This document shows positions 1-11,612 of a DNA stretch of 64,000 nucleotides, in pieces. Source of the DNA: Oopsacas minuta (Eukaryota > Animalia > Porifera); assembly GCA_024704765.1 (NCBI GenBank), contig JAKMXF010000323.1, positions 292,403-356,402 of the forward strand. The letters run 5' to 3'. How positions within the stretch are numbered: position 1 is the first letter of the stretch; every line of letters begins with the position of its first letter. Under the pieces are notes generated by a model. That model saw nothing but the letters and a program-made list of their open reading frames with translations, had not been told where the DNA came from and ran no database searches. The position numbers and the translations under genes are program-made.

Positions 1-345
1 AACAGTCCCCTCTGATTTCCCATTATAATGACCTATCTATAGTGGCGACCTGCTCAACGCGACCAGCGGCCACCATTTTTGGTCCCTTACTGGCGCTAAA
101 CCACCTGTCTCTAACGGCCAAGCTCCTTGATCATACGCCACATTATATAGCGGTCGCCTCCCATAAGATCTACATATGACAAGTCCCTTGGGTAGCCATC
201 ATGACTTACTTCCACTATATTATTATAAATATCGGTCACTTGTCTTAAAGGCCAACTTCTCTATATCACCACCATTAACATAAAGTTCCTACCACACTAG
301 TGTATAACGGTCACTTTTGGTCAGACCCTTTGGTGGCCGTTAGGC
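1..345 (-). mobile_element. Truncated copy of the Tigger/pogo-type MITE family seen complete at 44842-45265 (reverse orientation, cut by window edge)
   Basis: Reverse complement aligns by eye with ~44870-45200 (e.g. cagtcccctctgatttcccattata, gacttacttccactatatta, atcggtcacttgtctta). Confidence 0.75.
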
Positions 346-1545
346 CACTTTTAATGAGGAACTTGTAGATCCACCTGAACATACATGCGGGCGGGCGGTT
401 CATTATCATTATTTCATTATTTTGTGACGTATCAACTGGAAAATTTGTTCATTGACTACATTCATAAAAATTATTTTAATTACTAAATTCAAATTTGATA
501 TGATAATAGGCTAGAGCTAGACTATGAAAAAGATACTTTTGTGTATTCTAGCTAGTTTATACACCTTGTAGTTGAAATAATGACAATAATGACAATATTA
601 GTGCGGTAGGCAAATCAGATGCGGGCGGTGGAGCTGAAACAACCTCGGAATCCGAGGCAATGGGATATTATTATATATTCCAAAAAATACTTCTGATATT
701 AACTTAAGCCCATTGTCGTATTCGCTATGTTCACTATCAAATATACAAACGAATATTTTTGGAATAGGAATGCTGTACGGATTAGCGAGGGTATTTTTGC
801 TGGAACCTGCCTCTATCTGGGAGGCCCAACTTTTTAGGCCAAATTTTGCTGGGAGTGCACTCCTAAGTCCCTAAAAGACATGCAAACACAATCGGTTTTA
901 TTTTTGAAATAGTAACCTTCATGTATACTGTATAGTATGTTTCAGAGTCTACTATGTACAGTAGTTTTGCTGGAAAATTTTATTTGTGTATGACCCAGTA
1001 AGAGTGATAATATGAGATGAATAATCAAATTGATAATTCTATTATTGAATTTAATTCAGATACTTGAAACTGGTACATTTTGACACCATTAATGGATTTC
1101 TGATTGATGTTAAGCCACACGATATACCCTTTATAATTATATTCAGATAAAATGATATCGTCTGGTTGACGAATTGGTATATTTCTGGACAAATTTAGCA
1201 AGGTTACAACCGAATATCAGAATTTGGTTTGGTCAAAACCAAATATTATCAGTAGTATTCAGTTAGAGGGGTTTCATCATGTATAAATGTATCTTTCAGA
1301 GCCTGAGGAACTTTAGATAATGCACCTGTGATTTCAAGGTTATTCAAATATTATGCAAGATAAAAACATTTTCAAGACATTTTCATACAAAATACACAAA
1401 TTATGGTGATGATGTAGTTGTCACGTTACTAGTTAGAGTATAAGCCATGGTTAACACATTTGGGAAAATCCTATAACTCGATAGCTCCGTTAACATTATG
1501 GTGTTAGAGATATACTGTGGCAATTTTTGTACCATCTCTTGTATA

Positions 1546-1823
1546 TTTGGCTAGAAGGCTGAAATTTGTACTAAAGGTAGATATACCAATCCAAATATAC
1601 ATGTTTGTTATATTTTGATTTTTGGCCCATGGGCCGATATATTCATGACTTTCTGAGGGCAATCCGGCAAATTTCGGTACATTACGCGGAAATTTGCCGC
1701 CCTCAGAAGGTCATGAATATTTCGAAAAATGGACCAAAATATATAATCTAGCATAAAATCTATTACATGTATATTTGAATTGGTATCTCTACTTCCAGTA
1801 GAAATTTCAGCCATCTAGCAAAA
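1546..1823. repeat. Foldback palindrome (MITE-like), ~125-bp arms
   Basis: ctagaaggctgaaattt...atattcatgactttctgagggc / gccctcagaaggtcatgaatat...aaatttcagccatctag; centre near 1680. Confidence 0.8.
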
Positions 1824-2735
1824 TTATCCAAAGACTACAGTCGAAACTTTCCAAAATGCACTTGGTTGCCAAGCTAATCATATATGTATGGGTGAAGTCA
1901 TTTTAAAATGGCTATAACTCCTAAGATACTTGAGCCTTGCAAAATTCTTTTCAAGGTGCACTCATACCCTTAGTTAGTTACTATTCAATATGTGGATTTG
2001 AGATTTTTCAGGAATTAGCGTCAGGCTGTCAGTGGTCCTACAGGGTGTTGTTCGGATGCTAGACGAGCTCCAGGTTGTAGAACATGATAAGGGGGACCAT
2101 TTATAGCGGAATAGGCGTAGATAGTTGATAGAGGTTGCTGATAACTCTAGGCCTACTGTTATAGTGTGACCATTGTCTAGGATCAGGATTTTCGCCAAAA
2201 TTCTTATTTGTCCAGGATTTAATACATAACTACACTGTAACCACTATAAGCAGGGCAACTTTGGTCCACCTTCATTCAATTTCCTCTATGACTGGGGAGT
2301 GGGGCCTACTTTAAGATAATTACTTTAAAGATAAATCAAAGCCAAAATCCAATCCGTATTTCATTTCCCACACAAATGTAAATCCATATCCAATCTATAT
2401 ACATTTCGAATACGAATATCAAAATCAAATCCACGAAATTTCATTGAACTGATGGATTCCTTTGGACTTTAGAGAAGCCAAATCCATCCGAAATCCATAA
2501 TCCACCCGACCCCCCTGCTCACATCAATGAAATTTACCTCTATAAGTGTGAAATTCTAACATAAATATTCTTGGATAATCAACTTTAGAGCTATATTTGG
2601 AGAAATACCCACATTTTTCGCTATAATGAATTGAAATATTTTGATGTCTCAGAAGAGATTTCTTACAAATATTTATATTCAACCAATAAACTTAGGGCAT
2701 ATTATAATAAGCCATAGCCTACTCTACATAAAGTC

Positions 2736-3784
2736 TAACAGTAACTTGTTGATTTTGGTCTAGGCCCACTAGAGATACGTAACTCGATGAAACAAATTCA
2801 ATGTGATTTCTATTTTGCATAAACTGTGCTATTTTACCCGAATAGATGTAATGCATATTTGTAGAGTAGCAAATTATCAATAATTTAAGCTTAAAAATTT
2901 CAGGAATGTGTCAAAATATGTGTCTAGTAAGCAATTATTTGTTAAATTATGCCATTCCTCTAAGCCCTGTAGAACGTTAAATATTGCATATTTCATTTCC
3001 AAGTGAACATAAGAAATGATCTATAGATAGATTGATAGAAAATATATAAAAATTGTCATACAAAGTTGGTCAGTTCTTGAGTTCCAGGAGCGACCAGGGA
3101 TGACACATTTTCTGATATTTCACTTATAACTTGATAATGGTTAAATTATGGTCGAAATCAAGATAGCCTCTATATAGTATATAACAGACTTCCCATACCA
3201 CAATTATAAATTTTGTAATGATATCTCTCACCAATATGGCGTATTGTTAATATACCCAAATGTGATCATTTTTCAAATTCCGCGATAAGCTTAAGAGTTA
3301 TCAAAAAAATATATTATCAGGTATGGGAAATCGTATATGTATTATATATTAGCTATCGTGATTTGACCATAATTTCAACGATTATCGAATTATAAGTGGA
3401 TTATCAGAAAATGTGTCATCCCTGGTCGCTCTTGTAAATCAAGAACGAGTCAACTTTTGTATAACAATTATTAGATATTTTGTATCAATCTATCTATAGA
3501 TCATTTCTTATGCCCACTTGGAAATGAAATATGCAATATTTTACGTTCTACAGCGTTTAGAGTAATGGCATATTTAACAAATAATTGCTTACTAGACACA
3601 TATTATGCTAAATTCCTGGAATTTCTTAGCATAAAATGGTTGATAAATAGTTATTCTACAAATATGCACTACGTCTATTCGGGTAAAATACCATAGTTTA
3701 TGCAAAATAGAACTCACATAGAATTTGTATCATCGAGTTACGTATCTCTAGTGGGCCTAGTCTAAAATCTACAAGTTACTGTTA
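2736..3784. repeat. Large foldback element, ~470-bp inverted arms around ~110-bp spacer
   Basis: Ends taacagtaacttg...caagttactgtta; arm matches traced throughout (ggcccactagagatacgtaactcgatga / tcatcgagttacgtatctctagtgggcc; gagcgaccagggatgacacattttctgata / tatcagaaaatgtgtcatccctggtcgctc). Confidence 0.9.
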
Positions 3785-3872
3785 TGCCTGTACATGTATT
3801 TCAAAATTGTGTCCAGGAAAACCACGGAATTTTCGGTAAAAAGTGATTCATTGTCCAGGATTTGGACCAAAC

Positions 3873-4223
3873 CAGAGATGCACCGTATATGAAATTTCTC
3901 ATCCGGCCGGGGAAGACATCCGGCTTCAAATTTCCGGTTATTAAATATTTGGGTACTCCACCTATCTCAGTATATAGTGAAAGATTATTTAGTAGTATTT
4001 GAAGAAAGGCTCAACAGATAGTTACCTGAAAAGGTGATCATCTTCTCTTTATTCAGAAAAATTTAAGATTATTAGATTTCCATTTTAGTGTCTCGATAGG
4101 TTTGATTTAGCACAGTATGTCTAGGACTAGACATTTGAGTTATTATACGTAGATTACATCAAATCATGCATTTTGTCTATATATAGTATTATCCGGCCTG
4201 ACTGGATATCCGGTGCTTCTCTA
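3873..4223. mobile_element. hAT-type MITE
   Basis: Imperfect TIR cagagatgcaccg / cggtgcttctcta, perfect 8-bp TSD gaccaaac (3865-3872, 4224-4231). Confidence 0.85.
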
Positions 4224-4757
4224 GACCAAACCATCAGGCCACACTACACTGTCAGCACCCCCATTTTAGTAGCAAGCAATCCTAAAGATGAGATGTTAGC
4301 TACACATCTGTAGCGGCGGACCTAATAAAGCGTGAAATGTTCCTTTAAACCACAAAAATAATAGAAAATGCTTAGGAAGATTGTGTTAGACAAATTCTGA
4401 GTTTACACCACTCACTCCCTTTATCCACCTTAAATAAACTACTAGCAAATCCCTTGAGGGTCGCACAGCGATGTTCATTCTAAACTCATGTTACGAATTT
4501 TATGTATTTAGGCATGGACACCGAGTCCCGCCAGGGCAACTGCCACATTATATCTTGACAACCATAAGTTGGATCGCTTTGCCCAAAAAGCAAATAGGTA
4601 GCTCATGGCACGAGCTCTTTACATAAAAACCCAAATTAGACATATCTGGCACTCCTAAACAATAGGGGTCCTGGAGCCTTGAATTAATTAGTAATACAGG
4701 ATTATCTACACGTTCAATTCTATAATATTAGTTCTTTTATGAGAGAAACAATGAAAA

Positions 4758-5597
4758 TCAGAACATAAGAGAAGGCGACTTTTTAGATGAACTCAACTCA
4801 GCGCCAGATCCAGAAAATCCCATCCCACCTATCCTAAGTTTGATAATATCATTCTTTTCCAGAACATTCCCAGTGATTGGATGGGTCATCTCTCCAGTCT
4901 CCTTGATGCCAGATTTAATCAATTTCTCCACGCACTCTAATGTTACAACATCTCCTGTAGGGCGTAGAACTGCACAAGGTACTGAGTTACCAAGATTATC
5001 CCCCGTAACTGAACACACAAATGTATTGGCTTCATCCGAAGATGCTTTAAAAGAAACTTTAACCAAATCTCTCAGAGAGAGAGGATTCCCACTCATAGGA
5101 CAATAAATATTTTTATCGGGCTTAGAAATGTCATCTTGTACAACATCAGGAGTAAGCGTTGGTATCCAGAAACTCTTTAATCCTGTACTGAGATAATTTT
5201 TCGAACAAGTGGTGCGAGGGGCTGAGTTAGGGAGGATGCTATCTTCAGAACGCTTGAAATATAAAATTTCAGATTTTGAATTATTCTTCTCTTCTAAAGC
5301 TTTTTGCATAGAAATTTTCTTCATACGATTTTGATACACCTTTAATTTCTTGGAATATTCTTTTTTCTGATGAAAAATATATTCGAGTATGGCTTCCCTT
5401 TCGTAAAGAAAACCATTCGGTGTGATTACAGGGTTAATGCATGGTTGGAGAGTTAAACAGCAAGCATTAAATTTGTTCATTGAATCTTTAGACATCCGAA
5501 TTTTCTGAAGGCCATATCCACCAGAAATACTGTCTTTCAGCCTTTCGTGATAAGTGTATACTGCACCTGCAGTACAATTTTTGCCATGGCGGCTCAT
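4758..5597 (-). CDS. NOSIP: Nitric oxide synthase-interacting protein (U-box/RING-like), intronless 279-aa CDS
   Basis: N-terminus MSRHGKNCTAGAVYTYHER and motifs CCLTLQPCINPVITPNGFLYEREAILEYI, FWIPTLTP, CPMSG, GDVVTLECVEKLI, GGMGFSGSG match the NOSIP family. Confidence 0.95.
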   Translation of the reverse strand: MSRHGKNCTAGAVYTYHERLKDSISGGYGLQKIRMSKDSMNKFNACCLTLQPCINPVITPNGFLYEREAILEYIFHQKKEYSKKLKVYQNRMKKISMQKALEEKNNSKSEILYFKRSEDSILPNSAPRTTCSKNYLSTGLKSFWIPTLTPDVVQDDISKPDKNIYCPMSGNPLSLRDLVKVSFKASSDEANTFVCSVTGDNLGNSVPCAVLRPTGDVVTLECVEKLIKSGIKETGEMTHPITGNVLEKNDIIKLRIGGMGFSGSGAELSSSKKSPSLMF

Positions 5598-5839
5598 GAA
5601 AGCAAATATGCTAGAAACAATACAAAAGAATTCATAGACAGCGGGAGTGACACGTCTTGAACACTCCGTGCTCGCATGAAGAACGCTTCGGGCGATCTGT
5701 AATATGGGTTATATATCATCATCTACCTTATATCGATTAGTGTTGCATCGATGAAGACTGGACACTCGTTAAAATGGAATACCAAGAAAAACCAATGGAA
5801 CCCTTGTGGCAAAATATAATTAAGAAAGGCTGTGTAGAG

Positions 5840-6122
5840 TGCCGGTGTCATATAGCAATCTTCTGTAACTATCCCCCCAGGAAGAATACTATATAGTAAT
5901 CTTCCCGGGGGAAAATTATCATGTAGAGTAAAGTTCCCCCTATCTCGATTATAATGTAATCCACTGGCTTTAATTATGGCTCGTATGATGAAACTCAAAA
6001 GACTTTAACTGCTTTTGAATAGGGAAACTCTTTACTATGCATGATAATTTCTCCCTGGAAGAATACTATCTAGTATTCTTCCCGGGGGGATAGTTACAGA
6101 TGATTACTATATGACACTGGCA
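5840..6122. repeat. Foldback MITE with internal gaagaatactat/cccggggg subrepeats
   Basis: Arms tgccggtgtcatatagcaatcttctgtaactatcccccc / ggggggatagttacagatgattactatatgacactggca; related pieces at ~46505-46700 and ~47808-47845. Confidence 0.8.
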
Positions 6123-6622
6123 ACGCACGGTGACCAGATGAGTAATGACGAAAACCTAGACAATTTGAAATGTTTAATAAAAACTGGCATTACTGAACAA
6201 ATGAAATTCGAAACAAAAAACCGGACAGCATTTAATCTGCGTGAAATCGCATATTGAGCATAGTAGACCTAAATTGCGGCTCCACGGGACCACTTGTGGG
6301 GCTACTAATACTGTTTCAATGGGAAGTGAGATTTCTAACGCACCACTTTTGTAATGGTACTACGGTTTAACGGACCCCTTCAAATCCTTGCCGCTGTGCT
6401 TGGAGTACGTAGTTATATTTCCCGGGAGAGGAAACACATATTATTCCCCGGGAATTCTGGGAAAACGGGAAATGGTTTAGGATACAACTTGTCAACGGAA
6501 CGGAAACATCACAGAGGAATTAGTAATTTAATCTAAAAATCAGATTTGCATAAACTCTGTGTGGCCAGGTTATTATACTATTGTAGTATGGATGGAATAA
6601 TGCTAAAAACTAGAGTTCGTGT

Positions 6623-6754
6623 CAGTGCTCGACAAATGCGGTGTTTGTATAGCTACCAAATTTTCCATAAAGCCCTAAAAAATGTAATTAGGCTTAGTTA
6701 TGCTAGCTGGTGGCTAAGTTAGCCACGAAGGAATTTCAATTTTGTCGAGCGCTG
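6623..6754. mobile_element. Very short hAT-type MITE (132 bp)
   Basis: TIR cagtgctcgacaaa / tttgtcgagcgctg, perfect 8-bp TSD gttcgtgt (6615-6622, 6755-6762). Confidence 0.85.
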
Positions 6755-7002
6755 GTTCGTGTGCAATTCTTGGACAACTTGCTTGCTTTTTGTAAAATAT
6801 AACTCTTAATGACTAAAAAAAATTGTATTCCATTTTTCAACTTTTTGGCGTCACTTTTGGACACATTAAAATGCACATAAATCATTCACTGTAAATAGTG
6901 ACCACTTTTTATGTCGATATTTGCAATCAGGGAATATTACGTTTTTACAGATCCAATTTTCATCTTCTGTTAATGTGAGGAATTGTAACTATAAATGCAT
7001 AA

Positions 7003-7520
7003 GCTATATTATTAAATCTCAATTGTTGTCTGTCTGATTGTGTATCCATTGCCAAGTAAAGGTTTACGGTTTGCAATTTTGAAATTGTCGCATAACTATA
7101 TATTTAGGTGTTATCAAGGAAGTAAATAGAATTCAATAAAACTTCACTAAATATATCGAACATGCTGAATCCGATTTTCACACTTTAAGATTAATCTAAT
7201 GTAATTTATTGTTGTTTTTGTGAAATATAAAGTAAACAAATTATCCAAATCTCAAAATATACGTACAGCCTTGCTCTAAACGGCTACCCAGAGGTAACTA
7301 AGTACTCTGAATCCGAATTTCGCATCTTCAAGTTGCTCATTTGTAATTTATTATTGTTTTAGGTACATAAAGTAATCAAATTTCAAAATTGTAGGTAGAA
7401 ACAGTTTCAATGGTTATACTGAGATAATCGGGTATACTGAATCTGAATATAGTATTGCAAACAACATCTATATTATTCAATCTCAATTGTTGTTTGTTTG
7501 TTTGTTAGTTTGCCCGTTAA
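7003..7520. repeat. Non-autonomous repeat with (GTYT)n microsatellite end and ~145-bp internal tandem units (possibly Helentron/HINE-like)
   Basis: tatattattaaatctcaattgttgtctgtctg terminus; repeated ctgaatccga...gtaatttatt units; inverted copy at 8835-9210. Confidence 0.45.
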
Positions 7521-7571
7521 TATAGGTATATTTGTGAATTACATTTTTCTATATGTATATATATATATATA

Positions 7572-8486
7572 CAGTTAGGGGACAAAAGTATTCGAACACA
7601 CAAATATATTGTCATAAATTGTATACTCTTTCCCGCTCCTATATATTGTGTAGTCTATATTCGTAGCTGCTATCTAGTAATCTGTATAGAATAACTTATG
7701 TTTTTCAAGAATTTCAAAAAATTATTTTCGATTTGCACTTTTTGAAGGTGTTAATTATTAATAATTATTAGATAATTATTGATAATCAAAATATGTGGTA
7801 ATTCAAAGCCTATTAAGAATCTATAATTTCTGACTTGATATTTGAATTCTACGTAGGCGAGTTACCCCAGATTGAAATATCCAATGGGATTGAACAATTT
7901 TTACCAAAGTTATAGAAGAATTTCAATTTGTCCTAAATGTGCCACTTTTTTCAAAAAGTGGCACAGGTGGCAGGAAAAAGCGCCACTACAAGGAAATCAA
8001 CTAGGGTTAGGAGGAATAAGTCGAAGTGATATTTTCGAATGATATGACTATGCTAACCCTTGAATTCCAAAATAACCTCTTGGTAGCGGCCACTTGTGCC
8101 ACCTTGGGCCAAAGGTGGCACAAATGGCACAAATTGAAATTCATCTATAACTCTGGTAAAAATTGCTCAATCCAATTGGAAATTTCAATCTGGGGTAACT
8201 CGCCTACGTAGAATTCAAATATCAAGTCAGAAATTATAGATTCTTAATAGCATTGAATTACCACATATTTTGATTATCAATAATTATCTAATAATTATTA
8301 ATAATCAACACCTTCAAAAAGTGTAAATCGAAAATAATTTTTTGAAATTCTTGAAAAACATATGTTATTCTATACAAATTACTAGATAGCAGCTACGAAT
8401 ATAGACTACACAATATATAGGAGCGGGAAAGAGTATACAATTTATGACAATATATTTGTGTGGTCGAATACTTTGTCCCCTGACTG
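7572..8486. mobile_element. Tc1/mariner-derived foldback MITE (915 bp) with ~370-bp near-identical arms
   Basis: TA flanks, Tc1-like termini cagttaggggacaaaagtattcga / tcgaatactttgtcccctgactg; arms nearly identical by eye. Confidence 0.9.
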
Positions 8487-8498
8487 TATATGTATATA

Positions 8499-8831
8499 TT
8501 ATAATACTCAAAGGAGCCGTCAACCTCGATGCCCAATGCGCCGAGTTCATCGCAAGGGACGAGCCTAGGGCTCGTATATCAAAGTATACATCACTGTATT
8601 TAGCTGTTTTATATCTTTAAATATATTAACTAAACATTTAACAATATTTGATCATATTGGCTAATGAAAATTGATCTCGACTCCCGATACGCCATCCGGT
8701 AGTAAAAACAACAATAGGATTTGTATTTAATTAGTACGAGCGTTTGGTTCGTCGCTTCGCGATGAACTCGGCGCATTGCGCCTCGAGGTATCCATCATTC
8801 TCCAAATCGATGGCCCCTGTGAGTATTATAA
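8499..8831. repeat. Foldback MITE, superfamily unassigned
   Basis: ttataatactca / tgagtattataa ends; inner arms caatgcgccgagttcatcgc / gcgatgaactcggcgcattg. Confidence 0.8.
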
Positions 8832-8834
8832 CAT

Positions 8835-9210
8835 AAACATATTTATGTACCTAAAAGTAAACAAATATTCACATTATGTTGTTTACAATATCATATTCGG
8901 ACTCAGCATACTCGATAACCCAGTATAGTCGTTGAAAGCATGTTTCTACCTCAATTTTGAAATTTGTTCACTTTATATTCATAAAAACAACAATAAATTT
9001 TCACATGATTAATCCAAAAGTGTGAAAATCGGATTCCACATATTTGATATATTTAGTGAAGTTTTATTGAATTTATTTACTTCCTTGATAAACACGATAA
9101 TACATAATTATGCGACAATTTCAAAATTGGATACTGTAAATCCTTTCCTTGACAACGGACAACAAACAGACAAACAGACAGACAACATTTTGAGATTTAA
9201 TAATATAGAT
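8835..9210. repeat. Inverted copy of the 7003-7520 repeat
   Basis: gtgtgaaaatcggattc, ttagtgaagttttattgaat, tatgcgacaatttcaaaatt and acagacagacaac...gagatttaataatatag are reverse complements of 7003-7260 motifs. Confidence 0.75.
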
Positions 9211-9510
9211 TAGGGAGAAAAAAGCAATAGCAAGGATGCAAAGACCTTATTAGTGTACTGTCCAATTTTAATAAATTCATTTTGGCCTATAAATACATGG
9301 TTATGCAATACCATGAAATGCGGTACGCTCGCTTTTTGGCCCTCTTTTCCAAATCCTGGATTCGCCATTGATTTAGAGGGGGCACTTTCTGGGCACCTAG
9401 GATCCATTACGTTTCCAAAACTGTCTTTTGCCCCCGTTGCCAAAATGAATGGATGAGATCAAGAGCTCGAGAAATGTATGGAATATTTCCCTACATCCTG
9501 GGATTTGTAT

Positions 9511-10374
9511 GACAAGAGTTAGAAAGTATATCCAATTTTTATACGAAATTTACATGACCCCGGCATCAAATATTTATGCGGCCCACGTTAATCACATATA
9601 TTTTCGATCCTAAATTGCATTTATAAATTGCACTGTCTGCGAATTTACGATAGATCTCCTGTAGGACAACCTTAACCTTTTCAAATCTCATGCTTTTAAC
9701 CACCAGATTAGTACTAAGCATCGAATTTCCAGATATTTGATGGGCCACTTGACCAAATTCTGACCATTTATGAGAATGAAACGTAGCACATTCCTGCGTT
9801 TTCACGTAAGTTTGTAAACATAGTCATGTGAGCCCTATAATGAAAGGAAATTTCATGCTGAGTACGAATATCAGCATAGAAAAACGATTCGACTTAAAAT
9901 ATGAATGTAAGTTAAATTTTAATGCAAATTTGCGTTACTTTAACCCATTTGGAGCCCAAAACCGTTCAAAATATATTAACCTTAATATTTGAATCGATTT
10001 TTCTATTCGTATTCAGCATGAAATTTCCTTTCATTATAGGGGTTACATGACCATGTTTGGAAAAAAAAATTCCTTGACAATGCAAGAATGTGCTACATAC
10101 GCATTCTACAAAGTTGTCGGATACGGTCAATTGACTCAGCAAATTGCTGGAAAATTTAATACTGATTACGAATCTGGTTGTTAAAAGTTGATTCGATGAA
10201 ATTTAAAAAGGTTGACCCATGGGGGATCCCGGATGCATCGACCTTAGCAGACAGTGCAATTAATATATGCAATTTGGGATCGAAAATGCTTCTGATCAAC
10301 ATAGGTCGCGGAAATTTGATGCCGGAGTCATGTAGATTAGGTATAAAATATTTGGCGCTTTTGTCCCGCTTGTC
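9511..10374. repeat. Diverged foldback element, ~390-bp arms
   Basis: tacatgaccccggcatcaaat / atttgatgccggagtcatgta; ccctataatgaaaggaaatttcatgctga / tcagcatgaaatttcctttcattataggg; centre ~9940. Confidence 0.85.
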
Positions 10375-11003
10375 TCAATTGTGCTAAATTTTCGGCGCCA
10401 AGGCACCTGATTAATACAGGAAATGCTATAGGTTGAAATTTAGCATGCTCAATACCCATATTGCTTCAGGTCTACTGGGGGGTTTATTGAATGATAATGA
10501 ATTTTCAAATACAGTTTATATTATGGCTATATCTATCACTGTTTTGCCTATTAATCGAAGCATTTAGTCAAGGAAATGTACGAAAATGGCAGAATTGTAA
10601 CAAATATTGACAGATAGGTGCCAAATATTCATGAGGATGTTCTAGAAAACGTAATTATAATTCCAGCAAATTTGGATAATAGATGAACAGAGAATCAATG
10701 TACCAAACTGGGACAAATTTTCAGGAAAATTTATTAATCAAACACAATAGCGTCCATTTTTGACGATCAGAATTGTCTGAAATTCTCTGCAAATAGTAGT
10801 ACGCATTTACTTGGTAATATAATTCTAGGGTCCATTGGGAGGAAGCATATGGTTTATTCAGTTCTATCTCGGTTTAAAGTCTGAATAAAAGACACAATGG
10901 ACAAAGGCTAAAATATTGGACAGAAAACGGACCTAATAGAAAGAAGGACAAGAATCAATAAAAAGGAATGTCGTTTGAAAAAGGACATATAGTTACTCAG
11001 AAC

Positions 11004-11466
11004 CAGTGCTGCCAAGTGAATTCAGAAAAATTTACGGAGATTGATCGAAAGATTTACGTAAAAACAAAATTTTTTACGAAGCATTTTAAAATCCCTTAAT
11101 GGCCCTCAACAGGTCTTAATTTGCTTTTACAAATGCCATTAGCTAACAACTTCTTATTAATAATCATTAGTAAATGCAGATATATGGACGCTCTCGCGTT
11201 TGTAAACAATAAGCTAAATTCACTATCAGCATGCAATAAACAATCAAAGTATTATTTTAAATGGTCGTACATACTTTTAGAAAATAATTCGTACATTTCC
11301 GAGGTAGGTACAAACGTTGAGGAATTTTGAATATCGACCTTCATCGTTAACAAAAAGTATTACGCGTACATGTAATTCGATAGAAATACGTAGAAATAAT
11401 TCTTCATACGTAGATAGCAGTCAAATTTACTTAGTCACGGAAATTTACGGAGACGTGGCAGCACTG
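11004..11466. mobile_element. hAT-type MITE
   Basis: TIR cagtgctgcca / tggcagcactg, 8-bp TSD ctcagaac / cccagaac, subterminal aaatttacggaga motifs. Confidence 0.8.
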
Positions 11467-11612
11467 CCCAGAACCTTTCCCATACTTAAAATTTCAGCAG
11501 GACTCCCCTGCTTTAAGGTGTTCTGAATTAAATAATTTGGATAGTCTGGTAACCACTATTAGCACACTTTCAACTTATTATGGTAAAATTAGCGTAGGCC
11601 GAAAAGTTAATA

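Noticed and set aside
1974-2198. ORF beginning MAKILILDNGHTITVG, superficially like the actin/ARP6 LDNG motif
   Set aside because: It starts at TTG, similarity ends after ~15 aa, and those codons lie in a tgtccaggatt MITE-end motif also seen at 3810-3870.
4840-5106. Plus-strand ORFs overlapping real CDSs (also 12189-13393, 22392-22733, 35224-35514, 53978-55424, 61146-61664)
   Set aside because: They are antisense or alternate-frame shadows of NOSIP or transposase sequences with no recognisable motifs.
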